A stretch of 64,000 bases of DNA from a bacterium (GTDB lineage Bacteria; Hinthialibacterota; Hinthialibacteria; Hinthialibacterales; Hinthialibacteraceae), in contig CAXXMV010000001.1 in NCBI GenBank assembly GCA_963662285.2, positions 832,001 to 896,000 on the forward strand. Direction: 5' to 3'. How positions within the stretch are numbered: the stretch's first letter is position 1; each line of letters begins with the position of its first letter. The notes under the pieces were generated by a model. It had not been told where the DNA came from, made no database searches, and saw only the letters and a list, made by a program, of their open reading frames with translations. The position numbers were made by a program, and so were the translations under genes. Below, piece after piece: positions 41,382-52,226 of the stretch.

Positions 41382-41414
41382 ATAACGCATTACTTTTTTT
41401 GGCGAATAACCAAG

Positions 41415-41451
41415 TCCCCTCGCCCGCCGGGAGAGGGTTAGGGTGAGGGGG
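41415..41451. repeat. REP-like element
   Basis: ccctcgccc-gcc-gggagaggg hairpin plus a ttagggtgagggg tail. Confidence 0.7.
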
Positions 41452-41490
41452 AAATACAAATCACATCACTTTTTATCCATCACCTGCAGA

Positions 41491-42493
41491 TTATTCCTTA
41501 CAACGATCAAATCGGTTTTCGAAATCAGCCAGATAATTGGCTCTCCATTGGTTTACTGTCTTGGCGCCGGGTTTGTCTTTTTCCTTGAAGGCTGGATCGG
41601 GATCATCCACCCACCAGTGAGTTCGGCCTGATTTTTTGACGAAACGGCCTCCCCAGCTGGGAGTGGTTGGATCATTGGGATCGCCGCGCAGCAGATAACT
41701 GACTGATGGCGTATCCCCCATTTTGATTACCCCATTTAACAGGTGAGCGTAATAATTTCCCAAGGCGCCATGGTTTTTGGCATTCTGCTCAACGAATGAC
41801 TGATTGCCAAGGTCGCCTTTTTGGTCGCCCCCCATGTACCAGCCCCGAAAAGTAGTATCGCAGAAGATAAACCAGGTATCGGGATGTTTCTGGTCTATGT
41901 ACTTGAAGGCATTCTGGTCGTGTCGCAGGTTCCAGGAAGCGATGAAATAGACCCGAATTTTATCTTTGATCGAAGGGTCGTCATGCAGCGCCTGAGCCAC
42001 ATCGGTGATTGAACCCCATCAGGACATACAAAGGCCTTGGATCATCGCGCTGTGCGCATTTAATGATCCAATCCGAGCCATCGGTGGACTCACTGAAACC
42101 CGCTTCAGGCGATGGATCAACCGCGCCCTGCTTGGAGATTGACCTCAGATAATCCGGCGTAGGATACTTATCCGAGTGCGTCTTCAGCCGGGGATAATCC
42201 TTCTCATAGACATCAATCACATGCAGAATATCCCCCACCCGCCCTTTCTTGGGCGGTGAAGAGATCAAGCCTTCAGTATCAAAAACATCCGCATAAAGCA
42301 GATAATGAACCATCGACTGCTTGTCGTCATCATCATCGCCCCCGATATCAGAAGAAACAAGCACCCGAATACGCTCCCCAGCCAAAGCGCCCCCCTGAGG
42401 ATCAGCAACTGAATCAAAACAAACGCATAACATTAATGCAATAGTTAAACCATAACAAAAATATCGCTGAGCAATTGGTTTATGAATATCCAT
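41491..42493 (-). pseudogene. Frameshifted DUF1593 / nucleoside-hydrolase-like exported protein
   Basis: 5' part SSDIGGDDDDDKQSMVH..PRPLYVL continues in another frame as WGSITDVAQALHD..MGDTPS..SWGGRF; break near 42020. Confidence 0.8.
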
Positions 42494-42779
42494 GATTTTC
42501 TCCAATAAGTAGTTTAAGCAGATATCATACATTTTGACGCACGCCAAGGGAAAGGCGCCAACCAGAATTTGATTTTATCACTTCACATAATCGTAATCCT
42601 TGACTTATAAACGGTTTATCAGTAGAGATCAATTCTATTTAATCTTGAACTATATTATAATTTTAATATGCACATACTACCTATCACTGTTGCGTAAAAC
42701 TTGCATAAAGCGCAAAATAACTATTAGTATAATAATTTAAAGTTATTGAAGCAATTTATCAACAGAAGGAAACAAACAT

Positions 42780-44776
42780 ATGGAAAGATCATATTATTCT
42801 AATAAAATTTCAGGATTCATTTCAGATAATAATGATAAAATCCTTGGAGAATTAAGTAGAAATCATAATCATGCACTGGAAGACCTTCAAAAAGATGCAT
42901 GGATGATACAAATAAAAATATTGAAAGAATCTCTATCTAATATAAATAAAGGGCAAATTTATTTCGAATTTATAATACCAAGAATGGGAAAACGAGTAGA
43001 TAATATTATATTAATTAACGACATAGTTTTTGTTGTTGAATTTAAGGTGAACAACAAAAAATTTGAGAAGTATGCCATTGAACAGGTCATTGATTATTCA
43101 CTTGATTTAAGAAATTTTCATGAAGGGAGTCATTATGCAAAACTAATACCGATTCTAATCTCAACTGAGGCACCAAATATTGGAAATGTTTTTCACATAG
43201 AAGATAACCCAGTCGTACCAATCAAAGCCAATAAAAAGAATTTTAAGTACATAATAAATCAATGCCTTCAATTATCTTCAGGCAAAAGAATAAATCCAAT
43301 TAAATGGGAAAATTCAATTTACAAACCTACGCCTACAATTATTGAAGCAGCACAAGTTTTATACAGAGGTCATAATGTTCTCGAAATATCTCGTTCTGAT
43401 GCAGGAGCAATTAACCTATCCAAAACAACAGATTGTATAAATCAAATCATTGAAAAATCTAAAAAAAATCATGAAAATCTATTTGTTTTGTAACTGGCGT
43501 TCCTGGAGCAGGAAAAACATTAGCCGGACTTAATATTGCAAATGAAAGAATGAAAGTTGATAAGAATGAACATGCTGTTTTTCTTTCAGGCAATGGTCCT
43601 TTAGTACAAGTATTGAGAGAAGCTTTAACTAGAGATAGAAAAAATACTTCAGATAAAAATGGAAACATGCTAAAAGCAAATGATACAAGAAGAGAAGTAA
43701 GTACTTTCATACAAAACATTCACCATTTCAGAGATGAATATTTAAAATGCGACATAACTCCTACTGAAAAAGTCGTGGTTTTTGATGAAGCACAGAGAGC
43801 TTGGAACAGAAAAAAAACAAGCGCTTTTATGAAAAATAAAAAGGGGAATCCAAAATTCCAAATGTCTGAGCCTGAATTCTTAATTGATATAATGAACAGG
43901 CATGTCGATTGGTGCACAATAATATGTTTGATTGGCGGTGGACAAGAAATAAATACAGGTGAAGCAGGTCTTGAAGAATGGATCGAATCTCTTAAAAATC
44001 ATTATCCGAAATGGAATATACATTTTCCTAAGTCAATTATTTCTTGCTCTTCTTATTTTTCTTCAGATAATTTAAAAAACTGGATTAGTAAAAATGGATA
44101 TAATGGTGAAAAACTTCATCTTTCAGTATCTCTCAGGTCATTTCGATCAGAAAAGTTATCTACTTTTGTTGAAGCATTACTAAGCATTGAAAAAACAAAT
44201 GCAAAAGATATATATAACGAAATCAAAGAAGATTATCCAATACTTATTTCAAGAAATCTTGATTTATCTAAAAAATGGATCAGAAATAAAGCTAGGGGTA
44301 ATGAAAGAATAGGTATATTAGTATCCTCTGGATCTCGTAGGCTTAGACCTTGTGGTATTGACGCAGAAAATGGAATTCGGTCTGATTCTGGAAAAGATAA
44401 AATTTCAAATTGGTTTTTGAATGATAAAGAAGACATAAGATCATCATCATTTTTGGAAATTCCTGCAACAGAGTTTGCTGTGCAAGGTTTAGAGTTAGAT
44501 TGGATTTGTCTATCTTGGGGTGGAAATTTTCATTACGATAATGGCAAATGGATTTATATGCAATTCAGAGGAAATAAATGGAATAGCATTAGACAAGAGA
44601 TAAATCAAAACTACTTGATTAATACTTTTCGTGTTCTATTGACAAGAGCAAGACAAGGCATGGTTATATATATACCTGAAGGCAGTGAGGAAGATATCAC
44701 CAGACCTAAGAAATTTTATGATGGGACTTTTAAGTATTTAAAAGATATTGGAATAAACGTACTAACAGATGAATAA
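42780..44776 (+). pseudogene. Frameshifted PD-(D/E)xK-like nuclease + DUF2075 (Schlafen group-3 type) helicase
   Basis: RVDNII..VVEFK in ORF1; Walker A VTGVPGAGKT lies out of frame directly after; VVFDEAQR, EFAVQGLELD, FRVLLTRARQG in ORF2; visibly AT-rich. Confidence 0.8.
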
Positions 44777-44855
44777 TAATTTTCTGGCAACAATAGTATA
44801 ATAAAACATAAAAAGCGCGGTCAGCTGGATTAGATATTTCAAAAATTCAGCAAAA

Positions 44856-44885
44856 CAGAAAAAGGGACGCTTGTTCAGCGTCCCG
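44856..44885 (-). terminator. Intrinsic terminator after rplU
   Basis: gggacgc-loop-gcgtccc hairpin with an A-run on + (U-tract on -). Confidence 0.7.
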
Positions 44886-44916
44886 TGGTGGTTCGTAAAT
44901 TTGGGTTATGGCAGGA

Positions 44917-45231
44917 TTATTCGGAAACTATTTCCTGAATACGGATGCGGGTGTAATCCTGGCGATGACCTTGGGTGCGACGATATTGTTTGCGTTTTTT
45001 GAACTTAAAGACGATAATTTTCTTGCCGCGTCCATGAGCCATAACTGTGGCTTTTATGGATGTATTCTCGACAAAAGGCGTTCCAACGCGCAGGCGGTCA
45101 TCATCTTTTACCAACAAAACGTCATTAAGAGCAACCTCGTCACCCTCAGCGGCGGATAGCTTTTCAATTTCAATGATATCTCCAGGAGAAACGTTATATT
45201 GCTTTCCACCAGTTTTAACGATTGCGTACAT
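44917..45231 (-). CDS. rplU: 50S ribosomal protein L21
   Basis: MYAIVKTGGKQY, GTPFV, KKRKQYRRTQGHRQDYT. Confidence 0.98.
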   Translation of the reverse strand: MYAIVKTGGKQYNVSPGDIIEIEKLSAAEGDEVALNDVLLVKDDDRLRVGTPFVENTSIKATVMAHGRGKKIIVFKFKKRKQYRRTQGHRQDYTRIRIQEIVSE

Positions 45232-45376
45232 CATGTCCTCCAAAGGGCGAAGCCCGATTTTTTTACATTCACAGAACGTGAATTATAGATGCATGTCAGA
45301 AAAACGCAATCCGTATGGCGTGTACCTGGGATATTTCAGTAAGTATATGCTGATCAGCCATATAATATATACCAAT

Positions 45377-45757
45377 CTATTTATATTGGGCCGGAGTCTT
45401 TCCTGCGGCGATGATGCTGCATGCCTGGATAATATTCAATCCCAGTTCATTGGCGCGCTGCACAACCTGGTCGTCTTCCGTACCGGGATTCAAAAAAATG
45501 GTTTCAACTTCCTTTGCAGCCAGGTCGTCCAGAACCATCAGAGTGTACTTGGGCGGTAGATAAAGGCTGGCTATATTTACCTCACCGGGGATATCCAGGA
45601 TTGATTTATAACATTTCAAGCCTTCGATAGTCTCCGCCCGTGGATTGACCGGATAGACTGTGTATCCCTGATCCTGATAAGCGCGAACCGCGATATTGCC
45701 GAATTTCTCACGGTCGCTTGATGCGCCGATAATTGCCACGCTTTGTTCTTGATTCAT
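45377..45757 (-). CDS. CoA-binding domain protein (YccU-like)
   Basis: VAIIGAS, YPVNP, FLNPG, QACS. Confidence 0.85.
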   Translation of the reverse strand: MNQEQSVAIIGASSDREKFGNIAVRAYQDQGYTVYPVNPRAETIEGLKCYKSILDIPGEVNIASLYLPPKYTLMVLDDLAAKEVETIFLNPGTEDDQVVQRANELGLNIIQACSIIAAGKTPAQYK

Positions 45758-45767
45758 TATAAAACTC

Positions 45768-46523
45768 CTATCTTCTAAGGCCTAAATTATTCAATTGCCA
45801 CGAAGGGACAATGGTATGCTCGTTGGTATCAAATCCCGGTGGAAGCGCACAAAATTGTTCTACCATTTCTGCGATCATTTCCGGTTCGACGTAATGTTTT
45901 TCCGGGGGATGGGGACGCCCTGTTTCATAGGCGTCGAAGAACCGCGTCTCGGTCATGCCGGGGCAGATAATGTGGACGTGTACTCCATGCTCCTGCAAAT
46001 CCTTGGCCACGCAATGGGCGAAGCCGTTCACCGCCCACTTGGACGCGAAATAGAGAGAATGATCTTTGCGGTAATACTGCGAGGATATGGATGATATAAA
46101 TATAATGCGGCCTTGTTTGGCTTTAATCATCTCAGCAGCAGCCCGTTTGGTGCATAAAAATGGTCCACGGCAATTGACGCTGATAGTTTTATCCCATTGC
46201 GCTTCATTGATTTCCTCTAAAGTCCCGGCGCCGGAAATGCCTGCATTATTAACCAGAATGGTCGCCGATCCGAAACGCTGCTCTGTTTCAAAGAACCATC
46301 GTTCGACATCGTCTTCCAATGAGACATCCGCTTGAACCGCAATTACCTCAATACCCGATGCTTCGAGTGAATCATTGGCTTCGCGTAACGCATCCTCCCG
46401 GCGGCCGCAGATGCTGATCCTGGCGCCGGACGCTCCCAATCGCCGCGCCGTGGCTAAACCGATTCCCAGACTGCCTCCGCTGATCATGGCTATTTCATTT
46501 TGAAATTTCTTGGTTATAGTCAT
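45768..46523 (-). CDS. Short-chain dehydrogenase/reductase
   Basis: SGGSLGIG, VNNAG, YFASK. Confidence 0.9.
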   Translation of the reverse strand: MTITKKFQNEIAMISGGSLGIGLATARRLGASGARISICGRREDALREANDSLEASGIEVIAVQADVSLEDDVERWFFETEQRFGSATILVNNAGISGAGTLEEINEAQWDKTISVNCRGPFLCTKRAAAEMIKAKQGRIIFISSISSQYYRKDHSLYFASKWAVNGFAHCVAKDLQEHGVHVHIICPGMTETRFFDAYETGRPHPPEKHYVEPEMIAEMVEQFCALPPGFDTNEHTIVPSWQLNNLGLRR

Positions 46524-46530
46524 TGGCGCC

Positions 46531-47259
46531 TCAATATTCTTTCCGGTGAGCGGTTGAGGTGTAGTTCAATTCAGGAACCTGAGCGTGTTCCGGCAGTCGC
46601 AGTAAAAAGTCCACCGCATCAGCAATCTCTTCGGGTTCAATCCAATCGATATCCATATCCGGTTTGCCGATTTCGTCAAAGATAGAGGTATCCGTCATGC
46701 CCGGACGCAGAGTATGAACTTTGATGCCATACTCGCATAATTCCTGGCCTATGCATCCGGCGAATCCATCAAGCCCCCGTTTTGTGGCGGAATAACATGA
46801 ATGCTGAGGGATAGACATAACCGCCACCATCGAAGATATAAATATGATGGTTCCACTTTTTTGCGCCTTCATACCTGGAACCACAGCACGGGTCATCAGA
46901 AAAGGCCCCTTAAGATTAACTGCGAATTGCGCGTCCCAATCTTCGGTGGAATTCTCCAATAGCCCGGCGTAACGGTAAATCCCCGCGTTATTTATCAGGA
47001 TATCAACCGCCCCCCAGGCGTCATTTATCTGCTTGATGCATGCGTCCACATCTTTTGATTGGGATGCATCAGTTTGAATGCCAAGAATATCGGGAGATAT
47101 CAGTCGTAATTGATCGACGGCTTTATCCAGGCTATCTTGACGACGGGCGCAGATAGCCACTTTGGCGCCAGCCCTCGCCGCTTTCACCGCAATGGCGTTG
47201 CCGATTCCCCTGCTGCCGCCTGTCACCAAAATAACTTTATCTTTGAGATATTGATCCAT
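46531..47259 (-). CDS. Short-chain dehydrogenase/reductase
   Basis: TGGSRGIG, INNAG, YSATK. Confidence 0.9.
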   Translation of the reverse strand: MDQYLKDKVILVTGGSRGIGNAIAVKAARAGAKVAICARRQDSLDKAVDQLRLISPDILGIQTDASQSKDVDACIKQINDAWGAVDILINNAGIYRYAGLLENSTEDWDAQFAVNLKGPFLMTRAVVPGMKAQKSGTIIFISSMVAVMSIPQHSCYSATKRGLDGFAGCIGQELCEYGIKVHTLRPGMTDTSIFDEIGKPDMDIDWIEPEEIADAVDFLLRLPEHAQVPELNYTSTAHRKEY

Positions 47260-47265
47260 GATAAA

Positions 47266-49080
47266 TCAGGTCGCCGCCTCCTGTCTTGCTACAGCGGATT
47301 GATCCTTATACTGCAATTGATAAAGACGGTTATATAGTCCGTCAATTTTAAGCAATTGATCATGGCTGCCCCGCTCAGCAATTTTCCCCTTGTGCAAAAC
47401 CATGATCTCATCGGACTGCTGGATGGTGGATAATCGATGGGCTACCACAAGGCAAGTGCGTCCTTTCATCAATTTTTCCATAGCTTTTTGAATCAGATGT
47501 TCGGTTTCGGTATCGACGCTGGAGGTAGCTTCATCCAGCATTAATATCCTGGGATCAGCCGCCAAAGCGCGGGCGAAGGAGAGCAATTGACGTTGACCTA
47601 CCGAGAACATGGAGCCGCGTTCTTTGACTATGCCCTGGTATCCTCCCGGCAGTTTCTCTACGAAACGATCGATCTGAACCATTTTGGCTGCATCGACAAT
47701 ATCCGATTGTGAAATATCTTCACGTCCCATGCCGATATTGTCAGCGATGTTGCCCGAAAAAAGAAACACGTCCTGTAATACAAGCCCCATTTGAGAACGT
47801 AGGGTGGTCGGGTCATACTGATTTATATTAACGCCGTCAATCAGGATTTCACCTTTTTGAATATCATAAAAACGGAACAACAAATTAATAATGGTTGATT
47901 TTCCTGAACCGGTGGCGCCGACCAGCGCCATACGCATTCCCGGTTCAATGGTAAATGATACATCACGTAATACCCAATCTTCATCATTATAGGCGAACCA
48001 TACATTCCGAAATTCAATGGTTCCATCAAACTGTTTCTGGATTGGATTTTTAACGCAGGGAAGAGTTTCATCAGTATCCAACAGTTTAAAGACGCGCTCA
48101 GCAGCAACCATCGCAGTCTGCATAATATTAAATTTATCAGCCAAATCACGGATCGGTTGCAGAAATTTCTGTGAAGCCTGCAGAAATGCCACCAGCGTTC
48201 CAAAGGTCACAACCGAAGAACCGTCTATCATCGCGCCGCCGCCAAACCATAATAAAAGCGCAATAGCCACGGAACCCAATAATTCAACTGTGGGAAGGAA
48301 AAAAGCAAAGTTTATAACGCTGCGCATGTTCGCATCATAGAATTCACTTGTGACGCCTGAGAATCGAGCGGAATTTTTCACTTGCTTACAAAAAACCTGA
48401 ACCGTTTCCATCCCAGTGATATTTTCCTGCAAGAAAGTATTCATACTGGAAAGCAGACGCCTGACTTCTCGATAGGATGACCTGATCCGTTTATGAAAAA
48501 TAAAACTGGCTAATGCAATCAAAGGAAGAACGGATACAAGAACCAGAGTTAATAGCGGGCTGAGATAAAGCATAATAGCCAGCAAACCCACAATCATTAA
48601 AATATCATTAAAAGTAAAAACGATGCAATTGGCGAACATGGAATCCAGCGCTTCGATATCGCTGGTAATGCGGGTCAAGAGGCTGCCAACCGGACGGCGG
48701 TTAAAGAAGGATAGCGACATTTTTTCTAAATGCTGAAAAAGTTCGAGCCGTAAGTCAAACATGCTTTTCTGGCTCATAACGTTGACTAAATAGAATTCGA
48801 TATATTGGAAAAAGAGACCGACCGCTAATAAGAGTCCATATATTAAAGCCAGAAAACGCAATCCGTCTTCTATACCATTCTGTATATAATGATCGACCAC
48901 CACCTTATATAAATATACCGAAGCGAAGAGCTCGATTGATGTAAAAACAGTCAATGCCAGAAAAGAATAAACCAAGTGCTTGCGGTATGGGTATATATAC
49001 GACAACAGACGTTTCATAAGGCGAACGTCGTAAGCCTTGCCAACAATTGTTTCTTCGTCAATATTATTTAAAGATCGCAT
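47266..49080 (-). CDS. ABC exporter, fused permease/ATPase (MdlB-like half transporter)
   Basis: TMD plus GATGSGKS, FSVGQRQ, LMLDEATS, VAHRLS. Confidence 0.92.
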   Translation of the reverse strand: MRSLNNIDEETIVGKAYDVRLMKRLLSYIYPYRKHLVYSFLALTVFTSIELFASVYLYKVVVDHYIQNGIEDGLRFLALIYGLLLAVGLFFQYIEFYLVNVMSQKSMFDLRLELFQHLEKMSLSFFNRRPVGSLLTRITSDIEALDSMFANCIVFTFNDILMIVGLLAIMLYLSPLLTLVLVSVLPLIALASFIFHKRIRSSYREVRRLLSSMNTFLQENITGMETVQVFCKQVKNSARFSGVTSEFYDANMRSVINFAFFLPTVELLGSVAIALLLWFGGGAMIDGSSVVTFGTLVAFLQASQKFLQPIRDLADKFNIMQTAMVAAERVFKLLDTDETLPCVKNPIQKQFDGTIEFRNVWFAYNDEDWVLRDVSFTIEPGMRMALVGATGSGKSTIINLLFRFYDIQKGEILIDGVNINQYDPTTLRSQMGLVLQDVFLFSGNIADNIGMGREDISQSDIVDAAKMVQIDRFVEKLPGGYQGIVKERGSMFSVGQRQLLSFARALAADPRILMLDEATSSVDTETEHLIQKAMEKLMKGRTCLVVAHRLSTIQQSDEIMVLHKGKIAERGSHDQLLKIDGLYNRLYQLQYKDQSAVARQEAAT

Positions 49081-49137
49081 GTTTTACCAAAAAATATTTT
49101 CAAAAACAGATCAAAACCAGATATATAAAATTATACT

Positions 49138-50046
49138 ATGAATACCATGCAAACCGAAGGAACTTTCAAAAACTCAAGCCAATGGAGTGACCACGTTGTT
49201 TTAACCGTCGACGTCGAAGATTACTTCATGAGTCCGGAATGCATAGCATTTGAATCATGGAACTCTTTTGAACCAGCCATTCACAAAGGTATGGAACGCG
49301 TCCTCGCTCTACTGGATGAATACCAGGCCAAAGCCACCTTCTTTTTTGTCGGCTGGCTGGCTGAGCGTTATCCTGAATTGGTGCAATGGACCGTCGAAAA
49401 AGGGCATGAAATCGCCAGCCATACCTACGATCACACTTTTGTTTCAGAATTAAACGCTGAGCAATTTGATCAAAGTTTATGCAAAAGTCTGGAAATTCTC
49501 CGCCAGCTGGCCCCCAACCAACCAGTCCATGGTCACCGGGCGCCCGCTTTTTCTCTCGATGCCAGCCAACCATGGCAATTTGAAATTTTGCGCAAAAACG
49601 GCATCGTATACGACTCTTCCATTAATCCTCGATCCACATACTTATATGGGGATAGCATGGCGAACCGCCACCCTTCTACCATTCATGGAATTGTGGAAAT
49701 GCCGCCTGGAGCAGTTAAATTCGGGGGGATGAGGATGCCGGTCGGCGGTGGAGGAACTTTAAGGATATTACCACAATGGTATCTCAAGTGGGCGCGTAGC
49801 AGATATCAAGCCGAGGGATTCCCACCAGTTATTCATATCCACCCATGGGAATTCGTCCCCGATCAACCCAAAATTAAATTACCGGCGCTGCTTCACCTGA
49901 TTCATTGGATTGGCATCAAATCCACCGTCCTAAAGATGCGAAAAATCCTTGAAGAGAACAAGATTTTAACAATGAGCCAGTATTATTCTGGCTTAACAGG
50001 CAATATTTCTGATAGTGAAAATTTGCATTACAACGATTTGCTTTGA
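49138..50046 (+). CDS. Polysaccharide deacetylase (DUF3473-type)
   Basis: TVDVEDYF, ATFF, HEIASH, RAPAFS, YDSS, HPWE. Confidence 0.88.
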   Translation: MNTMQTEGTFKNSSQWSDHVVLTVDVEDYFMSPECIAFESWNSFEPAIHKGMERVLALLDEYQAKATFFFVGWLAERYPELVQWTVEKGHEIASHTYDHTFVSELNAEQFDQSLCKSLEILRQLAPNQPVHGHRAPAFSLDASQPWQFEILRKNGIVYDSSINPRSTYLYGDSMANRHPSTIHGIVEMPPGAVKFGGMRMPVGGGGTLRILPQWYLKWARSRYQAEGFPPVIHIHPWEFVPDQPKIKLPALLHLIHWIGIKSTVLKMRKILEENKILTMSQYYSGLTGNISDSENLHYNDLL

Positions 50047-50133
50047 TTCAATGAATGCTATAATTCAATAATATAGACTGGTTTTCATACTATTTTTTTA
50101 TCGAATTAATGGATATTTCGGGAAGGCTCTAAA

Positions 50134-50505
50134 TTGTCTTATAATAACTTAGCAAAAGCTCCGTTCATTTTTTCCGCCAATGAAAACGAAAAAGGCATAG
50201 TGATTATTGAGGTAGAGGGTGCGGTTAATTCAAGACACTCTCCAATGTTACGTGAATCTATCCAAAAATCTTTTAAGAAAAAAAAGCGCATTGTTATCAT
50301 CAATATGGAAAAAATTGAGTATATGGATAGTTCCGGGCTAGCTACGATTGTTGAAGGAATGCAATTAGCCGAATCCACTAAAGGAAAATTCGTCCTTGCC
50401 GGAAAAATCCATCAAAAAATAATGCACCTTTTTGAGATATCGCGGCTGGATAACCTATTTGAATATTATGACTCGGTAGAAGAAGCCAAAAGCAAATTAA
50501 TTTAA
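50134..50505 (+). CDS. STAS-domain anti-sigma-factor antagonist
   Basis: IEYMDSSGLATIV with the phosphorylatable Ser; FEISRLD. Confidence 0.88.
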   Translation: MSYNNLAKAPFIFSANENEKGIVIIEVEGAVNSRHSPMLRESIQKSFKKKKRIVIINMEKIEYMDSSGLATIVEGMQLAESTKGKFVLAGKIHQKIMHLFEISRLDNLFEYYDSVEEAKSKLI

Positions 50506-50537
50506 TCATTATCTTAAAATTTGAGAGGTTTTCATAA

Positions 50538-51086
50538 TCATTTAATTTTTCCGATATTATTCCCCATCGAATCTGTGTATAAGTACCCAACACTCCCATG
50601 ACCATTGGTTGGATCATACGGCGCGGATAAAAAGTGGAACGAGCGAATATTATCGGCATCAACCGTTTCGGTTATTTCGGTGATTTCTCTGGCGGCGCCA
50701 TTGCTCCAAACAAACCAAATCGGCTTAACATCTGTCTTTTCAGCAGGCGGCGTCCATTCACAGTGGCTCACAAATCCATAACGCAATTGCAAAAAACGGT
50801 GAGTTTGATCTTTCGCCAAAAAAGGATCAATAAGCGCCTTGGGGGGCGTATTCGGATATTCTTTGGATAAGAACGGCATCAAATTACCCTCTTGATGCTT
50901 AAAAGAATTGATCACTGGTCTTGATTCTGAATCAAAACTATCTCTAACCGCCATTGTAAGAGTGAATTTTGCATTATTGAAAAAACGTGTATTATCGGCT
51001 TCAATGCGCAACTGTTCATAACGATGAATTACCAGCCACGTAAGTATAAATATAACAGATATTAACAGTACAATTCGACGAATCAT
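50538..51086 (-). CDS. Membrane-anchored protein with pilin-like C-terminal YDPTNG motif
   Basis: N-terminal TM; DPF..Y..WFVWSNG..PYDPTNGHGSVG; no prepilin G/FxxxE motif. Confidence 0.55.
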   Translation of the reverse strand: MIRRIVLLISVIFILTWLVIHRYEQLRIEADNTRFFNNAKFTLTMAVRDSFDSESRPVINSFKHQEGNLMPFLSKEYPNTPPKALIDPFLAKDQTHRFLQLRYGFVSHCEWTPPAEKTDVKPIWFVWSNGAAREITEITETVDADNIRSFHFLSAPYDPTNGHGSVGYLYTDSMGNNIGKIK

Positions 51087-51095
51087 TCATTCCCC

Positions 51096-52211
51096 TCAAA
51101 AACCGAATAATCTCTGATAATCCTTTTGGGCGAAGCGATCCGTCATTCCCGATATATAATCAGCGACAGATCTAGACAATCCATCAGTTTCAATCCGCTT
51201 TTGGAATGATAAAGGCAACTGATCAACATTCTGGTGGTAATATTCTAACAATCGGGAAAGCACAGTATGACAATGACTGCTGGCCCGCATAACCTTGGGA
51301 TGCCGATACAATTGGGCGAACAGAAAATCCTTGGCTTCATGAAGCTTAACTGACATCACATCACTATAATCAACCATATTATCTAAACACTGGCCATCGT
51401 TATTATCCAAGCGTTTACGGGTTTCATTTAAAACATCCGTCACCTGAGTATTGATAACGGCAATAATTACTTGAAACCAGGTGCATTTTTTATCCAGACC
51501 GGCATTACGCCCTTGAACAATTTCATGCGACTCCCGCCAAAGCGTTACCTGCAGAATATCCTCGGGATCAAGAAATCCAGCCGATATCCCATCATCCAGA
51601 TCATGACTGGTATAAGTTATTTCATCAGCAATATCAACCACTTGCGCTTCAATGGAGAGATTATTCGCCAGACTATTGATAGTGCCTTTATATGGCTTTT
51701 TGTTTTTCAATACCCCACGACGCAATTCAGCAGTTAGGTTCAAACCGGGGAAATCAGGATAACGCGACTCCAGGCAATCTAAAATTCGCAAAGCCTGAGC
51801 ATTATGCTCGAAACATAGGTCGTCACCGAGCAACTTATTCAAAACGCGCTCTCCGGTATGCCCGAATGGAGGATGACCCAGGTCATGCGCCAAAGCCAAC
51901 GCCTCGGTTAAATCTTCGTTAATACATAAGACTCGAGCCAAGGTGCGGGCGATTTGAGAAACTTCAAGCGTATGAGTCAAACGAGTCCGATAATAGTCGC
52001 CAGAGCCAGTCACAAACACCTGCGTTTTATACTCTAAACGGCGAAACGCCTCAGCGTGGACAATGCGGTCGCGGTCCCGTTGAAAGCAGGTGCGGTAATC
52101 ATGCTCCTTTTCTGGATAACGTCTCCCCAACGAATTCGCCGAACAGACAGCATAAGGAGCAAGTTGGTTCGCTTCTCGCTGTTCATATATCATTCGTGTT
52201 TTTTGATTCAT
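51096..52211 (-). CDS. dgt: Deoxyguanosinetriphosphate triphosphohydrolase (HD family)
   Basis: FQRDRDRI, FRRLEYKTQV, RTRLTHTLEV, AHDLGHPPFGH, DYISGMTD. Confidence 0.93.
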   Translation of the reverse strand: MNQKTRMIYEQREANQLAPYAVCSANSLGRRYPEKEHDYRTCFQRDRDRIVHAEAFRRLEYKTQVFVTGSGDYYRTRLTHTLEVSQIARTLARVLCINEDLTEALALAHDLGHPPFGHTGERVLNKLLGDDLCFEHNAQALRILDCLESRYPDFPGLNLTAELRRGVLKNKKPYKGTINSLANNLSIEAQVVDIADEITYTSHDLDDGISAGFLDPEDILQVTLWRESHEIVQGRNAGLDKKCTWFQVIIAVINTQVTDVLNETRKRLDNNDGQCLDNMVDYSDVMSVKLHEAKDFLFAQLYRHPKVMRASSHCHTVLSRLLEYYHQNVDQLPLSFQKRIETDGLSRSVADYISGMTDRFAQKDYQRLFGF

Positions 52212-52226
52212 CTTTGCACCATCATT

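Noticed and set aside
43461-43468. A8 run as a programmed -1 ribosomal frameshift site for the DUF2075 gene
   Set aside because: The -1 frame meets TGA at 43472-43474 immediately, so the frame must be restored downstream of that codon.
51096-52211. dGTPase as an anti-phage nucleotide-depletion system
   Set aside because: It is the short housekeeping-type form in an ordinary operon with host-like composition and no defence context.
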